NCBI GenBank assembly: GCA_964247055.1
Contig: OZ176054.1
Coordinates: forward strand, 7,564,001 to 7,628,000
DNA length: 64,000 nucleotides
DNA from: Paragordius varius
Lineage: Eukaryota > Animalia > Nematomorpha
Reading direction: 5' to 3'
The position numbers were made by a program, and so were the translations under genes. Of this stretch, positions 15,891-31,340 are shown piece by piece. A model generated the notes under the pieces. It was not told the origin of the DNA. It searched no databases and saw only the letters and a list, made by a program, of their open reading frames with translations. Numbering within the stretch: position 1 is the first letter of the stretch; each line of letters opens with the position of its first letter.

Positions 15891-18800
15891 TAACATAATT
15901 CAATTGTTATAAAGTTATGGTTGAATGTTGTACATACCCACACTATCATGGTTAACATAATTCAATTGTTATAAAGTTATGGTTGAATGTTGTACATACA
16001 CACACTATCATGGTTAATATAATTCAATTGTTATAAAGTTATGGTTGAATGTTGTACATACACACACTATCATGGTTAATATAATTCAATTGTTATAAAG
16101 TTATGGTTGAATGTTGTACATACCCACACTATCATGGTTAACATAATTCAATTGTTATAAAGTTATGGTTGAATGTTGTACATACCCACACTATCATGGT
16201 TAATATAATTCAATTGTTATAAAGTTATGGTTGAATGTTGTACATACACACACTATCATGGTTAATATAATTCAATTGTTATAAAGTTATGGTTGAATGT
16301 TGTACATACCCACACTATCATGGTTAATATAATTCAATTGTTATAAAGTTATGGTTGAATGTTGTACATACACACACTATCATGGTTAATATAATTCAAT
16401 TGTTATAAAGTTATGGTTGAATGTTGTACATACCCACACTATCATGGTTAATATAATTCAATTGTTATAAAGTTATGGTTGAATGTTGTACATACACACA
16501 CTATCATGGTTAATATAATTCAATTGTTATAAAGTTATGGTTGAATGTTGTACATACACACACTATCATGGTTAATATAATTCAATTGTTATAAAGTTAT
16601 GGTTGAATGTTGTACATACCCACACTATCATGGTTAACATAATTCAATTGTTATAAAGTTATGGTTGAATGTTGTACATACCCACACTATCATGGTTAAT
16701 ATAATTCAATTGTTATAAAGTTATGGTTGAATGTTGTACATACACACACTATCATGGTTAATATAATTCAATTGTTATAAAGTTATGGTTGAATGTTGTA
16801 CATACCCACACTATCATGGTTAATATAATTCAATTGTTATAAAGTTATGGTTGAATGTTGTACATACCCACACTATCATGGTTAACATAATTCAATTGTT
16901 ATAAAGTTATGGTTGAATGTTGTACATAGCCACACTATCATGGTTAATATAATTCAATTGTTATAAAGTTATGGTTGAATGTTGTACATAGCCACACTAT
17001 CATGGTTAATATAATTCAATTGTTAAAAAGTTATGGTTGAATGTTGTACATACCCACACTATCATGGTTAATATAATTCAATTGTTATAAAGTTATGGTT
17101 GAATGTTGTACATACACACACTATCATGGTTAATATAATTGATTGTTAAAAAGTAATGGTTGAATGTTGTACATACCCACACTATCATGGTTAATATAAT
17201 TGATTGTTAAAAAGTAATGGTTGATTGTTGTACATACCCACACTATCATGGTTAATATAATTGATTGTTAAAAAGTAATGGTTGAATGTTGTACATACCC
17301 ACACTTTCATGGTTAATATAATTGATTGTTAAAAAGTAATGGTTCATACCCACACTATCATGGTTAATATAATGGATTGTTAAAAAGTAATGGTTGATTG
17401 TTGTACATACACACACTATCATGGTTAATATAATTCAATTGTTATAAAGTTATGGTTGAATGTTGTACATACACACACTATCATGGTTAATATAATTCAA
17501 TTGTTATAAAGTTATGGTTGAATGTTTTACATACCCACACTATCATGGTTAATATAATTCAATTGTTATAAAGTTATGGTTGAATGTTGTACATACACAC
17601 ACTATCATGGTTAATATAATTCAATTGTTATAAAGTTATGGTTGAATGTTGTACATAGCCACACTATCATGGTTAATATAATTCAATTGTTATAAAGTTA
17701 TGGTTGAATGTTGTACATACCCACACTATCATGGTTAACATAATTCAATTGTTATAAAGTTATGGTTGAATGTTGTACATACCCACACTATCATGGTTAA
17801 CATAATTCAATTGTTATAAAGTTATGGTTGAATGTTGTACATACACACACTATCATGGTTAACATAATTCAATTGTTATAAAGTTATGGTTGAATGTTGT
17901 ACATAGCCACACTATCATGGTTAATATAATTCAATTGTTATAAAGTTATGGTTGAATGTTGTACATACACACACTATCATGGTTAATATAATTCAATTGT
18001 TATAAAGTTATGGTTGAATGTTGTACATACCCACACTATCATGGTTAACATAATTCAATTGTTATAAAGTTATGGTAGAATGTTGTACATAGCCACACTA
18101 TCATGGTTAATATAATTCAATTGTTATAAAGTTATGGTTGAATGTTGTACATACACACACTATCATGGTTAATATAATTCAATTGTTATAAAGTTATGGT
18201 TGAATGTTGTACATACCCACACTATCATGGTTAACATAATTCAATTGTTATAAAGTTATGGTAGAATGTTGTACATACCCACACTATCATGGTTAACATA
18301 ATTCAATTGTTATAAAGTTATGGTTGAATGTTGTACATACACACACTATCATGGTTAATATAATTCAATTGTTATAAAGTTATGGTTGAATGTTGTACAT
18401 ACCCACACTATCATGGTTAACATAATTCAATTGTTATAAAGTTATGGTAGAATGTTGTACATAGCCACACTATCATGGTTAATATAATTCAATTGTTATA
18501 AAGTTATGGTTGAATGTTGTACATACACACACTATCATGGTTAATATAATTCAATTGTTATAAAGTTATGGTTGAATGTTGTACATACCCACACTATCAT
18601 GGTTAACATAATTCAATTGTTATAAAGTTATGGTTGAATGTTGTACATACCCACACTATCATGGTTAACATAATTCAATTGTTATAAAGTTATGGTAGAA
18701 TGTTGTACATAGCCACACTATCATGGTTAACATAATTCAATTGTTATAAAGTTATGGTTGAATGTTGTACATAGCCACACTATCATGGTTAATATAATTC

Positions 18801-21800
18801 AATTGTTATAAAGTTATGGTTGAATGTTGTACATACACACACTATCATGGTTAATATAATTCAATTGTTATAAAGTTATGGTTGAATGTTGTACATACCC
18901 ACACTATCATGGTTAACATAATTCAATTGTTATAAAGTTATGGTAGAATGTTGTACATACACACACTATCATGGTTAACATAATTCAATTGTTATAAAGT
19001 TATGGTTGAATGTTGTACATAGCCACACTATCATGGTTAATATAATTCAATTGTTATAAAGTTATGGTTGAATGTTGTACATACACACACTATCATGGTT
19101 AATATAATTGATTGTTAAAAAGTTATGGTTGAATGTTGTACATACACACACTTTCATGGTTAATATAATTGATTGTTAAAAAGTAATGGTTGAATGTTGT
19201 ACATAGCCACACTATCATGGTTAATATAATTCAATTGTTATAAAGTTATGGTTGAATGTTGTACATACCCACACTATCATGGTTAACATAATTCAATTGT
19301 TATAAAGTTATGGTTGAATGTTGTACATACCCACACTATCATGGTTAACATAATTCAATTGTTATAAAGTTATGGTAGAATGTTGTACATACACACACTA
19401 TCATGGTTAACATAATTCAATTGTTATAAAGTTATGGTTGAATGTTGTACATAGCCACACTATCATGGTTAATATAATTCAATTGTTATAAAGTTATGGT
19501 TGAATGTTGTACATAGCCACACTATCATGGTTAACATAATTCAATTGTTATAAAGTTATGGTTGAATGTTGTACATAGCCACACTATCATGGTTAATATA
19601 ATTCAATTGTTATAAAGTTATGGTTGAATGTTGTACATACACACACTATCATGGTTAATATAATTCAATTGTTATAAAGTTATGGTTGAATGTTGTACAT
19701 ACACACACTATCATGGTTAATATAATTCAATTGTTATAAAGTTATGGTGGAATGTTGTACATACACACACTATCATGGTTAACATAATTCAATTGTTTTA
19801 AAGTTATGGTTGAATGTTGTACATAGCCACACTATCATGGTTAACATAATTCAATTGTTATAAAGTTATGGTTGAATGTTGTACATACCCACACTATCAT
19901 GGTTAATATAATTCAATTGTTATAAAGTTATGGTTGGATGTTGTACATACCCACACTATCATGGTTAACATAATTCAATTGTTATAAAGTTATGGTTGAA
20001 TGTTGTACATAGCCACACTATCATGGTTAATATAATTCAATTGTTATAAAGTTATGGTTGGATGTTGTACATACCCACACTATCATGGTTAACATAATTC
20101 AATTGTTATAAAGTTATGGTTGAATGTTGTACATACACACACTATCATGGTTAATATAATTCAATTGTTATAAAGTTATGGTTGAATGTTGTACATACCC
20201 ACACTATCATGGTTAATATAATTCAATTGTTATAAAGTTATGGTTGAATGTTGTACATAGCCACACTATCATGGTTAATATAATTCAATTGTTATAAAGT
20301 TATGGTTGAATGTTGTACATACACACACTATCATGGTTAACATAATTGTTATAAAGTTATGGTTGAATGTTGTACATAGCCACACTATCATGGTTAACAT
20401 AATTCAATTGTTATAAAGTTATGGTTGAATGTTGTACATACACACACTATCATGGTTAATATAATTCAATTGTTATAAAGTTATGGTTGAATGTTGTACA
20501 TACCCACACTATCATGGTTAACATAATTCAATTGTTATAAAGTTATGGTTGAATGTTGTACATAGCCACACTATCATGGTTAATATAATTCAATTGTTAT
20601 AAAGTTATGGTTGAATGTTGTACATAGCCACTTTATCATGGTTAATATAATTCAATTGTTATAAAGTTATGGTTGAATGTTGTACATACACACACTATCA
20701 TGGTTAATATAATTCAATTGTTATAAAGTTATGGTTGAATGTTGTACATACCCACACTATCATGGTTAACATAATTCAATTGTTATAAAGTTATGGTTGA
20801 ATGTTGTACATAGCCACACTATCATGGTTAATATAATTCAATTGTTATAAAGTTATGGTTGAATGTTGTACATAGCCACTTTATCATGGTTAATATAATT
20901 CAATTGTTATAAAGTTATGGTTGAATGTTGTACATACCCACACTATCATGGTTAACATAATTCAATTGTTATAAAGTTATGGTTGAATGTTGTACATACA
21001 CACACTATCATGGTTAATATAATTCAATTGTTATAAAGTTATGGTTGAATGTTGTACATACCCACACTATCATGGTTAACATAATTCAATTGTTATAAAG
21101 TTATGGTTGAATGTTGTACATAGCCACACTATCATGGTTAATATAATTCAATTGTTATAAAGTTATGGTTGAATGTTGTACATAGCCACTTTATCATGGT
21201 TAATATAATTCAATTGTTATAAAGTTATGGTTGAATGTTGTACATACACACACTATCATGGTTAACATAATTCAATTGTTATAAAGTTATGGTTGAATGT
21301 TGTACATACACACACTATCATGGTTAATATAATTCAATTGTTATAAAGTTATGGTTGAATGTTGTACATAGCCACACTATCATGGTTAATATAATTCAAT
21401 TGTTATAAAGTTATGGTTGAATGTTGTACATAGCCACACTATCATGGTTAATATAATTCAATTGTTATAAAGTTATGGTTGAATGTTGTACATACACACA
21501 CTATCATGGTTAACATAATTGTTATAAAGTTATGGTTGAATGTTGTACATACACACACTATCATGGTTAATATAATTCAATTGTTATAAAGTTATGGTTG
21601 AATGTTGTACATACCCACACTATCATGGTTAATATAATTCAATTGTTATAAAGTTATGGTTGAATGTTGTACATAGCCACACTATCATGGTTAACATAAT
21701 TCAATGGTTAAAAAGTAATGGTTGAATGTTGTACATACACACACTATCATGGTTAACATAATTCAATTGTTAAAAAGTTATGGTTGAATGTTGTACATAC

Positions 21801-21885
21801 CCACACTATCATGGTTAATATAATTCAATTGTTATAAAGTTATGGTTGAATGTTGTACATACACACACTATCATGGTTAATATAA
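15891..21885. repeat. Satellite sub-block 5: second type B domain with a short A island at ~17,140-17,430
   Basis: Same B signature as sub-block 3. A private GGTAGAATG variant recurs at ~18,075-19,380. Confidence 0.85.
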
Positions 21886-24800
21886 TTGATTGTTAAAAAG
21901 TAATGGTTGAATGTTGTACATACCCACACTTTCATGGTTAATATAATTGATTGTTAGAAAGTAATGGTTGAATGTTGTACATACCCACACTATCATGGTT
22001 AATATAATTGATTGTTAAAAAGTAATGGTTGAATGTTGTACATACCCACACTTTCATGGTTAATATAATTGATTGTTAAAAAGTAATGGTTGAATGTTGT
22101 ACATACCCACACTATCATGGTTAATATAATTGATTGTTAAAAAGTAATGGTTGATTGTTGTACATACACACACTATCATGGTTAACATAATTCAATTGTT
22201 ATAAAGTTATGGTTGAATGTTGTACATACCCACACTATCATGGTTAATATAATTGATTGTTAAAAAGTATTGGTTGAATGTTGTACATACCCACACTTTC
22301 ATGGTTAATATAATTTAATTGTTAAAAAGTAATGGTTGAATGTTGTACATACCCACACTATCATGGTTAATATAATTGATTGTTAAAAAGTAATGGTTGA
22401 ATGTTGTACATACCCACACTTTCATGGTTAATATAATTTAATTGTTAAAAAGTAATGGTTGAATGTTGTACATACCCACACTATCATGGTTAATATAATT
22501 GATTGTTAAAAAGTAATGGTTGAATGTTGTACATACCCACACTTTCATGGTTAATATAATTGATTGTTAAAAAGTAATGGTTGAATGTTGTACATACCCA
22601 CACTATCATGGTTAATATAATTGATTGTTAAAAAGTAATGGTTGATTGTTGTACATACACACACTATCATGGTTAACATAATTCAATTGTTATAAAGTTA
22701 TGGTTGAATGTTGTACATACCCACACTATCATGGTTAATATAATTGATTGTTAAAAAGTAATGGTTGATTGTTGTACATACACACACTATCATGGTTAAT
22801 ATAATTGATTGTTAAAAAGTAATGGTTGAATGTTGTACATACCCACACTTTCATGGTTAATATAATTGATTGTTAAAAAGTAATGGTTGAATGTTGTACA
22901 TACCCACACTATCATGGTTAATATAATTGATTGTTAAAAAGTAATGGTTGATTGTTGTACATACACACACTATCATGGTTAACATAATTCAATTGTTATA
23001 AAGTTATGGTTGAATGTTGTACATACCCACACTAGCATGGTTAATATAATTGATTGTTAAAAAGTAATGGTTGATTGTTGTACATACACACACTATCATG
23101 GTTAACATAATTCAATTGTTATAAAGTTATGGTTGAATGTTGTACATACCCACACTATCATGGTTAATATAATTGATTGTTAAAAAGTAATGGTTGATTG
23201 TTGTACATACACACACTATCATGGTTAATATAATTGATTGTTAAAAAGTTATGGTTGAATGTTGTACATACCCACACTATCATGGTTAATATAATTGATT
23301 GTTAAAAAGTAATGGTTGATTGTTGTACATACCCACACTTTCATGGTTAATATAATTGATTGTTAAAAAGTAATGGTTGATTGTTGTACATACACACACT
23401 ATCATGGTTAATATAATTGATTGTTAAAAAGTAATGGTTGAATGTTGTACATACCCACACTTTCATGGTTAATATAATTGATTGTTAAAAAGTAATGGTT
23501 GAATGTTGTACATACCCACACTATCATGGTTAATATAATTGATTGTTAAAAAGTAATGGTTGATTGTTGTACATACACACACTATCATGGTTAACATAAT
23601 TCAATTGTTATAAAGTTATGGTTGAATGTTGTACATACCCACACTATCATGGTTAATATAATTGATTGTTAAAAAGTAATGGTTGATTGTTGTACATACA
23701 CACACTATCATGGTTAACATAATTCAATTGTTATAAAGTTATGGTTGAATGTTGTACATACCCACACTATCATGGTTAATATAATTGATTGTTAAAAAGT
23801 AATGGTTGATTGTTGTACATACACACACTATCATGGTTAATATAATTGATTGTTAAAAAGTTATGGTTGAATGTTGTACATACCCACACTTTCATGGTTA
23901 ATATAATTTAATTGTTAAAAAGTAATGGTTGAATGTTGTACATACCCACACTATCATGGTTAATATAATTGATTGTTAAAAAGTAATGGTTGAATGTTGT
24001 ACATACCCACACTATCATGGTTAATATAATTGATTGTTAAAAAGTAATGGTTGAATGTTGTACATACCCACACTTTCATGGTTAATATAATTGATTGTTA
24101 AAAAGTAATGGTTGAATGTTGTACATACCCACACTTTCATGGTTAATATAATTTAATTGTTAAAAAGTAATGGTTGAATGTTGTACATACCCACACTATC
24201 ATGGTTAATATAATTGATTGTTAAAAAGTAATGGTTGAATGTTGTACATACCCACACTTTCATGGTTAATATAATTTAATTGTTAAAAAGTAATGGTTGA
24301 ATGTTGTACATACCCACACTATCATGGTTAATATAATTGATTGTTAAAAAGTAATGGTTGATTGTTGTACATACACACACTATCATGGTTAATATAATTG
24401 ATTGTTAAAAAGTTATGGTTGAATGTTGTACATACCCACACTTTCATGGTTAATATAATTTAATTGTTAAAAAGTAATGGTTGAATGTTGTACATACCCA
24501 CACTATCATGGTTAATATAATTGATTGTTAAAAAGTAATGGTTGAATGTTGTACATACCCACACTATCATGGTTAATATAATTGATTGTTAAAAAGTAAT
24601 GGTTGAATGTTGTACATACCCACACTTTCATGGTTAATATAATTGATTGTTAAAAAGTAATGGTTGAATGTTGTACATACCCACACTATCATGGTTAATA
24701 TAATTGATTGTTAAAAAGTAATGGTTGATTGTTGTACATACACACACTATCATGGTTAACATAATTCAATTGTTATAAAGTTATGGTTGAATGTTGTACA

Positions 24801-27800
24801 TACCCACACTATCATGGTTAATATAATTGATTGTTAAAAAGTAATGGTTGATTGTTGTACATACACACACTATCATGGTTAACATAATTCAATTGTTATA
24901 AAGTTATGGTTGAATGTTGTACATACCCACACTATCATGGTTAATATAATTGATTGTTAAAAAGTATTGGTTGAATGTTGTACATACCCACACTTTCATG
25001 GTTAATATAATTTAATTGTTAAAAAGTAATGGTTGAATGTTGTACATACCCACACTTTCATGGTTAATATAATTGATTGTTAAAAAGTAATGGTTGATTG
25101 TTGTACATACCCACACTATCATGGTTAATATAATTGATTGTTAAAAAGTAATGGTTGAATGTTGTACATACCCACACTTTCATGGTTAATATAATTGATT
25201 GTTAAAAAGTAATGGTTGAATGTTGTACATACCCACACTATCATGGTTAATATAATTGATTGTTAAAAAGTAATGGTTGATTGTTGTACATACACACACT
25301 ATCATGGTTAACATAATTCAATTGTTATAAAGTTATGGTTGAATGTTGTACATACCCACACTATCATGGTTAAAATAATTGATTGTTAAAAAGTAATGGT
25401 TGATTGTTGTACATACACACACTATCATGGTTAACATAATTCAATTGTTATAAAGTTATGGTTGAATGTTGTACATACCCACACTATCATGGTTAATATA
25501 ATTGATTGTTAAAAAGTATTGGTTGAATGTTGTACATACCCACACTTTCATGGTTAATATAATTTAATTGTTAAAAAGTAATGGTTGAATGTTGTACATA
25601 CCCACACTTTCATGGTTAATATAATTGATTGTTAAAAAGTAATGGTTGATTGTTGTACATACCCACACTATCATGGTTAATATAATTGATTGTTAAAAAG
25701 TAATGGTTGAATGTTGTACATACCCACACTTTCATGGTTAATATAATTGATTGTTAAAAAGTAATGGTTGAATGTTGTACATACCCACACTATCATGGTT
25801 AATATAATTGATTGTTAAAAAGTAATGGTTGATTGTTGTACATACACACACTATCATGGTTAACATAATTCAATTGTTATAAAGTTATGGTTGAATGTTG
25901 TACATACCCACACTATCATGGTTAATATAATTGATTGTTAAAAAGTATTGGTTGAATGTTGTACATACCCACACTTTCATGGTTAATATAATTTAATTGT
26001 TAAAAAGTAATGGTTGAATGTTGTACATACCCACACTATCATGGTTAATATAATTGATTGTTAAAAAGTAATGGTTGAATGTTGTACATACCCACACTTT
26101 CATGGTTAATATAATTTAATTGTTAAAAAGTAATGGTTGAATGTTGTACATACCCACACTATCATGGTTAATATAATTGATTGTTAAAAAGTTATGGTTG
26201 AATGTTGTACATACCCACACTATCATGGTTAATATAATTGATTGTTAAAAAGTAATGGTTGAATGTTGTACATACCCACACTTTCATGGTTAATATAATT
26301 TAATTGTTAAAAAGTAATGGTTGAATGTTGTACATACCCACACTATCATGGTTAATATAATTGATTGTTAAAAAGTAATGGTTGAATGTTGTACATACCC
26401 ACACTTTCATGGTTAATATAATTTAATTGTTAAAAAGTAATGGTTGAATGTTGTACATACCCACACTTTCATGGTTAATATAATTGATTGTTAAAAAGTA
26501 ATGGTTGATTGTTGTACATACCCACACTATCATGGTTAATATAATTGATTGTTAAAAAGTAATGGTTGATTGTTGTACATACACACACTATCATGGTTAA
26601 CATAATTCAATTGTTATAAAGTTATGGTTGAATGTTGTACATAGCCACACTATCATGGTTAACATAATTCAATGGTTAAAAAGTAATGGTTGAATGTTGT
26701 ACATACACACACTATCATGGTTAACATAATTCAATTGTTAAAAAGTTATGGTTGAATGTTGTACATACCCACACTATCATGGTTAATATAATTCAATTGT
26801 TATAAAGTTATGGTTGAATGTTGTACATACACACACTATCATGGTTAATATAATTGATTGTTAAAAAGTAATGGTTGAATGTTGTACATACCCACACTTT
26901 CATGGTTAATATAATTGATTGTTAGAAAGTAATGGTTGAATGTTGTACATACCCACACTATCATGGTTAATATAATTGATTGTTAAAAAGTAATGGTTGA
27001 ATGTTGTACATACCCACACTTTCATGGTTAATATAATTTAATTGTTAAAAAGTAATGGTTGAATGTTGTACATACCCACACTATCATGGTTAATATAATT
27101 GATTGTTAAAAAGTAATGGTTGAATGTTGTACATACCCACACTTTCATGGTTAATATAATTGATTGTTAAAAAGTAATGGTTGAATGTTGTACATACCCA
27201 CACTATCATGGTTAATATAATTGATTGTTAAAAAGTAATGGTTGATTGTTGTACATACACACACTATCATGGTTAACATAATTCAATTGTTATAAAGTTA
27301 TGGTTGAATGTTGTACATACCCACACTATCATGGTTAATATAATTGATTGTTAAAAAGTAATGGTTGATTGTTGTACATACACACACTATCATGGTTAAT
27401 ATAATTGATTGTTAAAAAGTAATGGTTGAATGTTGTACATACCCACACTTTCATGGTTAATATAATTGATTGTTAAAAAGTAATGGTTGAATGTTGTACA
27501 TACCCACACTATCATGGTTAATATAATTGATTGTTAAAAAGTAATGGTTGATTGTTGTACATACACACACTATCATGGTTAACATAATTCAATTGTTATA
27601 AAGTTATGGTTGAATGTTGTACATACCCACACTAGCATGGTTAATATAATTGATTGTTAAAAAGTAATGGTTGATTGTTGTACATACACACACTATCATG
27701 GTTAACATAATTCAATTGTTATAAAGTTATGGTTGAATGTTGTACATACCCACACTATCATGGTTAATATAATTGATTGTTAAAAAGTAATGGTTGATTG

Positions 27801-30800
27801 TTGTACATACACACACTATCATGGTTAATATAATTGATTGTTAAAAAGTTATGGTTGAATGTTGTACATACCCACACTATCATGGTTAATATAATTGATT
27901 GTTAAAAAGTAATGGTTGATTGTTGTACATACCCACACTTTCATGGTTAATATAATTGATTGTTAAAAAGTAATGGTTGATTGTTGTACATACACACACT
28001 ATCATGGTTAATATAATTGATTGTTAAAAAGTAATGGTTGAATGTTGTACATACCCACACTTTCATGGTTAATATAATTGATTGTTAAAAAGTAATGGTT
28101 GAATGTTGTACATACCCACACTATCATGGTTAATATAATTGATTGTTAAAAAGTAATGGTTGATTGTTGTACATACACACACTATCATGGTTAACATAAT
28201 TCAATTGTTATAAAGTTATGGTTGAATGTTGTACATACCCACACTATCATGGTTAATATAATTGATTGTTAAAAAGTAATGGTTGATTGTTGTACATACA
28301 CACACTATCATGGTTAACATAATTCAATTGTTATAAAGTTATGGTTGAATGTTGTACATACCCACACTATCATGGTTAATATAATTGATTGTTAAAAAGT
28401 AATGGTTGATTGTTGTACATACACACACTATCATGGTTAATATAATTGATTGTTAAAAAGTTATGGTTGAATGTTGTACATACCCACACTTTCATGGTTA
28501 ATATAATTTAATTGTTAAAAAGTAATGGTTGAATGTTGTACATACCCACACTATCATGGTTAATATAATTGATTGTTAAAAAGTAATGGTTGAATGTTGT
28601 ACATACCCACACTATCATGGTTAATATAATTGATTGTTAAAAAGTAATGGTTGAATGTTGTACATACCCACACTTTCATGGTTAATATAATTGATTGTTA
28701 AAAAGTAATGGTTGAATGTTGTACATACCCACACTTTCATGGTTAATATAATTTAATTGTTAAAAAGTAATGGTTGAATGTTGTACATACCCACACTATC
28801 ATGGTTAATATAATTGATTGTTAAAAAGTAATGGTTGAATGTTGTACATACCCACACTTTCATGGTTAATATAATTTAATTGTTAAAAAGTAATGGTTGA
28901 ATGTTGTACATACCCACACTATCATGGTTAATATAATTGATTGTTAAAAAGTAATGGTTGATTGTTGTACATACACACACTATCATGGTTAATATAATTG
29001 ATTGTTAAAAAGTTATGGTTGAATGTTGTACATACCCACACTTTCATGGTTAATATAATTTAATTGTTAAAAAGTAATGGTTGAATGTTGTACATACCCA
29101 CACTATCATGGTTAATATAATTGATTGTTAAAAAGTAATGGTTGAATGTTGTACATACCCACACTATCATGGTTAATATAATTGATTGTTAAAAAGTAAT
29201 GGTTGAATGTTGTACATACCCACACTTTCATGGTTAATATAATTGATTGTTAAAAAGTAATGGTTGAATGTTGTACATACCCACACTATCATGGTTAATA
29301 TAATTGATTGTTAAAAAGTAATGGTTGATTGTTGTACATACACACACTATCATGGTTAACATAATTCAATTGTTATAAAGTTATGGTTGAATGTTGTACA
29401 TACCCACACTATCATGGTTAATATAATTGATTGTTAAAAAGTAATGGTTGATTGTTGTACATACACACACTATCATGGTTAACATAATTCAATTGTTATA
29501 AAGTTATGGTTGAATGTTGTACATACCCACACTATCATGGTTAATATAATTGATTGTTAAAAAGTATTGGTTGAATGTTGTACATACCCACACTTTCATG
29601 GTTAATATAATTTAATTGTTAAAAAGTAATGGTTGAATGTTGTACATACCCACACTTTCATGGTTAATATAATTGATTGTTAAAAAGTAATGGTTGATTG
29701 TTGTACATACCCACACTATCATGGTTAATATAATTGATTGTTAAAAAGTAATGGTTGAATGTTGTACATACCCACACTTTCATGGTTAATATAATTGATT
29801 GTTAAAAAGTAATGGTTGAATGTTGTACATACCCACACTATCATGGTTAATATAATTGATTGTTAAAAAGTAATGGTTGATTGTTGTACATACACACACT
29901 ATCATGGTTAACATAATTCAATTGTTATAAAGTTATGGTTGAATGTTGTACATACCCACACTATCATGGTTAAAATAATTGATTGTTAAAAAGTAATGGT
30001 TGATTGTTGTACATACACACACTATCATGGTTAACATAATTCAATTGTTATAAAGTTATGGTTGAATGTTGTACATACCCACACTATCATGGTTAATATA
30101 ATTGATTGTTAAAAAGTATTGGTTGAATGTTGTACATACCCACACTTTCATGGTTAATATAATTTAATTGTTAAAAAGTAATGGTTGAATGTTGTACATA
30201 CCCACACTTTCATGGTTAATATAATTGATTGTTAAAAAGTAATGGTTGATTGTTGTACATACCCACACTATCATGGTTAATATAATTGATTGTTAAAAAG
30301 TAATGGTTGAATGTTGTACATACCCACACTTTCATGGTTAATATAATTGATTGTTAAAAAGTAATGGTTGAATGTTGTACATACCCACACTATCATGGTT
30401 AATATAATTGATTGTTAAAAAGTAATGGTTGATTGTTGTACATACACACACTATCATGGTTAACATAATTCAATTGTTATAAAGTTATGGTTGAATGTTG
30501 TACATACCCACACTATCATGGTTAATATAATTGATTGTTAAAAAGTATTGGTTGAATGTTGTACATACCCACACTTTCATGGTTAATATAATTTAATTGT
30601 TAAAAAGTAATGGTTGAATGTTGTACATACCCACACTATCATGGTTAATATAATTGATTGTTAAAAAGTAATGGTTGAATGTTGTACATACCCACACTTT
30701 CATGGTTAATATAATTTAATTGTTAAAAAGTAATGGTTGAATGTTGTACATACCCACACTATCATGGTTAATATAATTGATTGTTAAAAAGTTATGGTTG

Positions 30801-31340
30801 AATGTTGTACATACCCACACTATCATGGTTAATATAATTGATTGTTAAAAAGTAATGGTTGAATGTTGTACATACCCACACTTTCATGGTTAATATAATT
30901 TAATTGTTAAAAAGTAATGGTTGAATGTTGTACATACCCACACTATCATGGTTAATATAATTGATTGTTAAAAAGTAATGGTTGAATGTTGTACATACCC
31001 ACACTTTCATGGTTAATATAATTTAATTGTTAAAAAGTTATGGTTGAATGTTGTACATACCCACACTTTCATGGTTAATATAATTTAATTGTTAAAAAGT
31101 TATGGTTGAATGTTGTACATACCCACACTATCATGGTTAATATAATTGATTGTTAAAAAGTAATGGTTGAATGTTGTACATACCCACACTTTCATGGTTA
31201 ATATAATTTAATTGTTAAAAAGTTATGGTTGAATGTTGTACATACCCACACTATCATGGTTAATATAATTGATTGTTAAAAAGTAATGGTTGAATGTTGT
31301 ACATACCCACACTTTCATGGTTAATATAATTTAATTGTTA
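21886..31340. repeat. Satellite sub-block 6: two tandem copies of the mixed domain (~4.6-5.0 kb each)
   Basis: Rare markers repeat at fixed offsets: ACTAGCATGG at 23,031/27,631 and TAAAATAATT at 25,371/29,971 (both 4,600 bp), and TAGAAA at 21,955/26,923 (4,968 bp). Confidence 0.9.
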
